From Octopus bimaculoides (Eukaryota), in NCBI RefSeq assembly GCF_001194135.2, contig NC_068988.1, positions 95,569,373 to 95,606,466 of the forward strand: a DNA stretch of 37,094 nt, read 5' to 3'. A model generated the notes under the pieces. The model was not told where the DNA came from. It saw nothing but the letters and a program-made list of their open reading frames with translations, and searched no databases. The translations under genes and the position numbers were made by a program. Numbering within the stretch: the first letter of the stretch is position 1; each line of letters begins with the position of its first letter. Shown here piece after piece: positions 34,021 to 37,094 of this stretch.

Positions 34021-34888
34021 CTATTATTTTACTTAATTATGTTTACAAATTGTTCGAATAACAAGGTTCCACGTGGAATCGGTGTTTATTCCTGGTTTCC
34101 GCAATGAGTAGCAATTTTACTCTCGTTTTATTGTATTTAGTGATTAAAACTGAAAGAATTGAGCTCGGCTCTATAAGCTACCAAAAGGCTGATCATTTCT
34201 AAAGAGCCATGCTATTTTACTAGAGATAGTCTTCCTCGTAGAGCTGTGCGGACCCAGCGACTGTAAATTATGTATTTCAGAAAATGTTTCAACGTTGTTC
34301 AGTCACTGACAATTGACAAATGTCATATAGCGTCAACATTAGAGTACTGTTCAGATTGTTCATCCATGGAGTAATGTTGATGATGCACACAGCCCCACCT
34401 CACCGCCACCTGCGCGCGCATACACACACACACACACTTTCTCGGATTGTTCTAAGTTATTCTAGAGGGTTTTTTTTTTTGCATACTCTACACCATTTTC
34501 TATAATTAAAGGTGAATATTTTTTGTTTAAGCAGAAATCTCTTGAGTTCTGAGAATCAGTTGTCTCAACATCATTGACAATAGTACCAATTTTCCTGACA
34601 AGACACTATGGGATATTCCATTTTGTATGGGGTGAATGGCAGGATTTGAATTTCAGATACTGATGTGTTGACGTGTTTGTATAATAAATATCCATTGTGA
34701 TGTTGCTATTATTTTTAATTACCATTATATCATGAAATTGTATATTTTTTGTTGCTCATCTCTTTTGTGAACTTCCATGTTGAATGTAAATTGTTCAGAA
34801 GAGCACTGAATTCTTCCAAGAATTTCGAGAAGAACGTCGTTAAAACGACCTTGTCTATCATCAGACAAAGTAAATAATTAAGAGAATT

Positions 34889-35054
34889 GTACCTGTAATT
34901 CCAATGGGCCGGCCTTGTCACGTTCTGCATGTCACGTGTCACGTTGAATCTTCATGAGAACTACGTTAAATGTATGCATTTCTGTGGAGTGCTCAGCCAT
35001 TTACACGTTAATTTTACGAGCAGGCTGAGACCCTCATCGTCGTAACCGACGGAG

Positions 35055-35055
<1 letters not shown>
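34889..35055 (+). mobile_element. Probable 3' tail of another SINE family
   Basis: GGCCTTGTCAC..GGAGTGCTCAGCCA..CGTCGTAACCGACGGAG followed by (TA)n; recognised from recollection of octopus repeats only. Confidence 0.4.
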
Positions 35056-35100
<45 letters not shown>

Positions 35101-35503
35101 TCTTATTCTTTTACTTATTTCAGTCATTTGACTGCGGCCATACTGAAGCACCGCTTTTATAGTCGAGCAAGTCGACCCCAGAGCTTATTCTTTGTAAGCC
35201 TAATATTTATTCTATCGGTCTCTTTTGCCGAACCGTTAAGTTACGGGAACGTAAACACACCAGCTTCGGTTGTCAAGCGATGCTAGGGGAACAAACACAC
35301 ACAAACGTATACACACACATACATATATACATATATATACATATACGACGGGCTTCTTCCAGTTTCCGTCTACCAAATCCACTCACAAGGCTTTCGTTGG
35401 CCCGAGGGGATAGCAGAAGACACTTGCCCAAGGTGCCACGCAGTGGGACTGAACCCATGACCATGTGGCTGGTAAGCAAGCTACTTAGCACCCAGTCACT
35501 CCT
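35101..35503 (-). mobile_element. SINE family B, full length
   Basis: Reverse complement of the 20840 copy. Confidence 0.93.
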
Positions 35504-36249
35504 TATATATATATATATATATATATATTATGTATGTAGATCGCATCAACTGGAATTTTGTAAGGAGGAAAAGGGAAACCAATGTCACGGTTTCCAAGAG
35601 GTATTCAATCCGATTCATTGGCTTTTTCCATCGCTTCCACAAGTCGTAGAAATATTCGTATCTAACATTAACAGAAAGGGTAGGGGCTGGGGGCAGCCAT
35701 GAAACACTGGATTCGTTTGATCGCAGAATTTGAGTGGGACTTACATGAGCGAACCTTGAAAAATAAAATCCAAAGTAGACTCGAGCTGGAATTGAACTTG
35801 CAATGACAAAGGACGCGACTGAATAACACAAAAGAATTGTGTCCAGCACTTAACTGATTCTACCAAACACAACCTGCGCCACCACCACCACCACCACCAC
35901 AACGACGACGACGACGACAACGAACATAGAGGATAGCTAGTACACTAATTGATATAGATTACTGCGCTGTAGTTTCAGAGAAAGGGGGCGGGGGGCGGAT
36001 GAGAAAACAAACAACAACAACAATGAAGAGTTTATTTTGAGAAAACCTAATAGTATAGGTAGTTAAGAGTTTATATTGCTTCGACGGCCATATAATAGGT
36101 TCTTTTTTCGTTGTATATTTTTTCTTAAGCCGATATCGATGACCGTAAGAAGATGAGCTGTAGTGACTTAGAAGAAGAAGAAGAAGAAGACTACTGAAAT
36201 GAAAAGATGAAGAAAAAGAAAATAATATGAAAAGTTTTACCACAGGAAA

Positions 36250-36312
36250 AAGCGGAAGTCCTAAATCCTCGTTGTGTGAATTCCGGAAATTCAAAGGCGC
36301 GCCGGAAATAGA
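36250..36312. promoter_or_regulatory. Candidate TATA-less promoter: three ETS-type sites plus a CDE/CHR-like element
   Basis: CGGAAGT 36253, TTCCGGAAAT 36281, CCGGAAAT 36302; minus strand GGCGCGCC-TTTGAA (36303-36290). Confidence 0.35.
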
Positions 36313-37059
36313 CAGCCGTGATATGGGTTCTAATGTATGGATGTCGTGTTAAGTGGCATTGGTCAAAAGTGGAGGTGGAATGATTTCAGAGTCTCGCCAC
36401 GGCACGCACGCTACGCATTGCTGGTCATTTTTCGAGCCAAAGTAAAGCGGCTGGCGGCCAAGTGGACAACATTTTATGATGCATTCAGCAGAGAGAAAGA
36501 GAAAACGAAGATGATAAAGAAAAAGAGAGAGAAAGAGAGTGAGAGAGAGAAAGAGAGTGAGAGAGCGAAAGACTATTGTGAACTACCTGGGCGACAATAA
36601 GAATTGGTTGTCGTCGAAATCTTGTTTTTCAACGGATTGACCGATCACAGCCTGATGGTAAATAAATTTCTCTCTAATCATTTGACTGCTTTAGCTAATC
36701 AACATTGACGTCAGACACAGCTTACACAAGACACCACTCTTTCCTCTCTCCTTCTTTCTCTCTCTCTCAGTGAAATCAGGGCGAAAGTGTCGATGCTCTG
36801 AAGTGGTACTGGTGTTGCCGAGCGTAATGTGAAGACGGTGACGACGACGGTGAAAAGGGGGTGGCTGTGAAAACGAAAGGAAAATGTAGAATGCAAAATT
36901 TCAGTGAATGAAGCCAGCGACTGAACGGATAAATATAATATTGGAGTTTAAAATATTTTCAAAACTTACCGCTTTCACACTCTCTTCCTTTCTCGCTCCT
37001 CTTTTCCTCCTCCTCCTCCTCCTCCATATATGTATGCGCGTGCGCATGCATATACATTG

Positions 37060-37094
<35 letters not shown>

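Overview
AT-rich, repeat-saturated animal genomic DNA with five N-gaps. The microsatellite load and SINE families look like Octopus (coleoid cephalopod); this comes from my recollection of those repeats, not from a search. No intact protein-coding gene is supportable. Most ORF-track entries are microsatellite or N-gap artefacts; the only recognisable coding sequences are a decayed Tc1 transposase (27304-27990, minus) and decayed restriction-like-endonuclease (R4/Dong-like) retrotransposon fragments (30345-31055, minus). The window holds at least four tRNA-derived SINE families, several hAT/mariner/Tigger-type MITEs and many simple repeats. The standout is a two-copy element (16071-16444, 22187-22517). 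It joins a tRNA-Arg-like Pol III head, via (TAA)n, to a Penelope-type minimal hammerhead ribozyme and a 3' stem-loop, and is preceded by an inverted copy of its own 3' end. In copy 2 the inverted arm stops exactly at the predicted ribozyme cleavage site. This suggests a ribozyme-bearing SINE mobilised by Penelope-like elements. Three further degenerate hammerhead-like motifs cluster at 5.0-5.9 kb.
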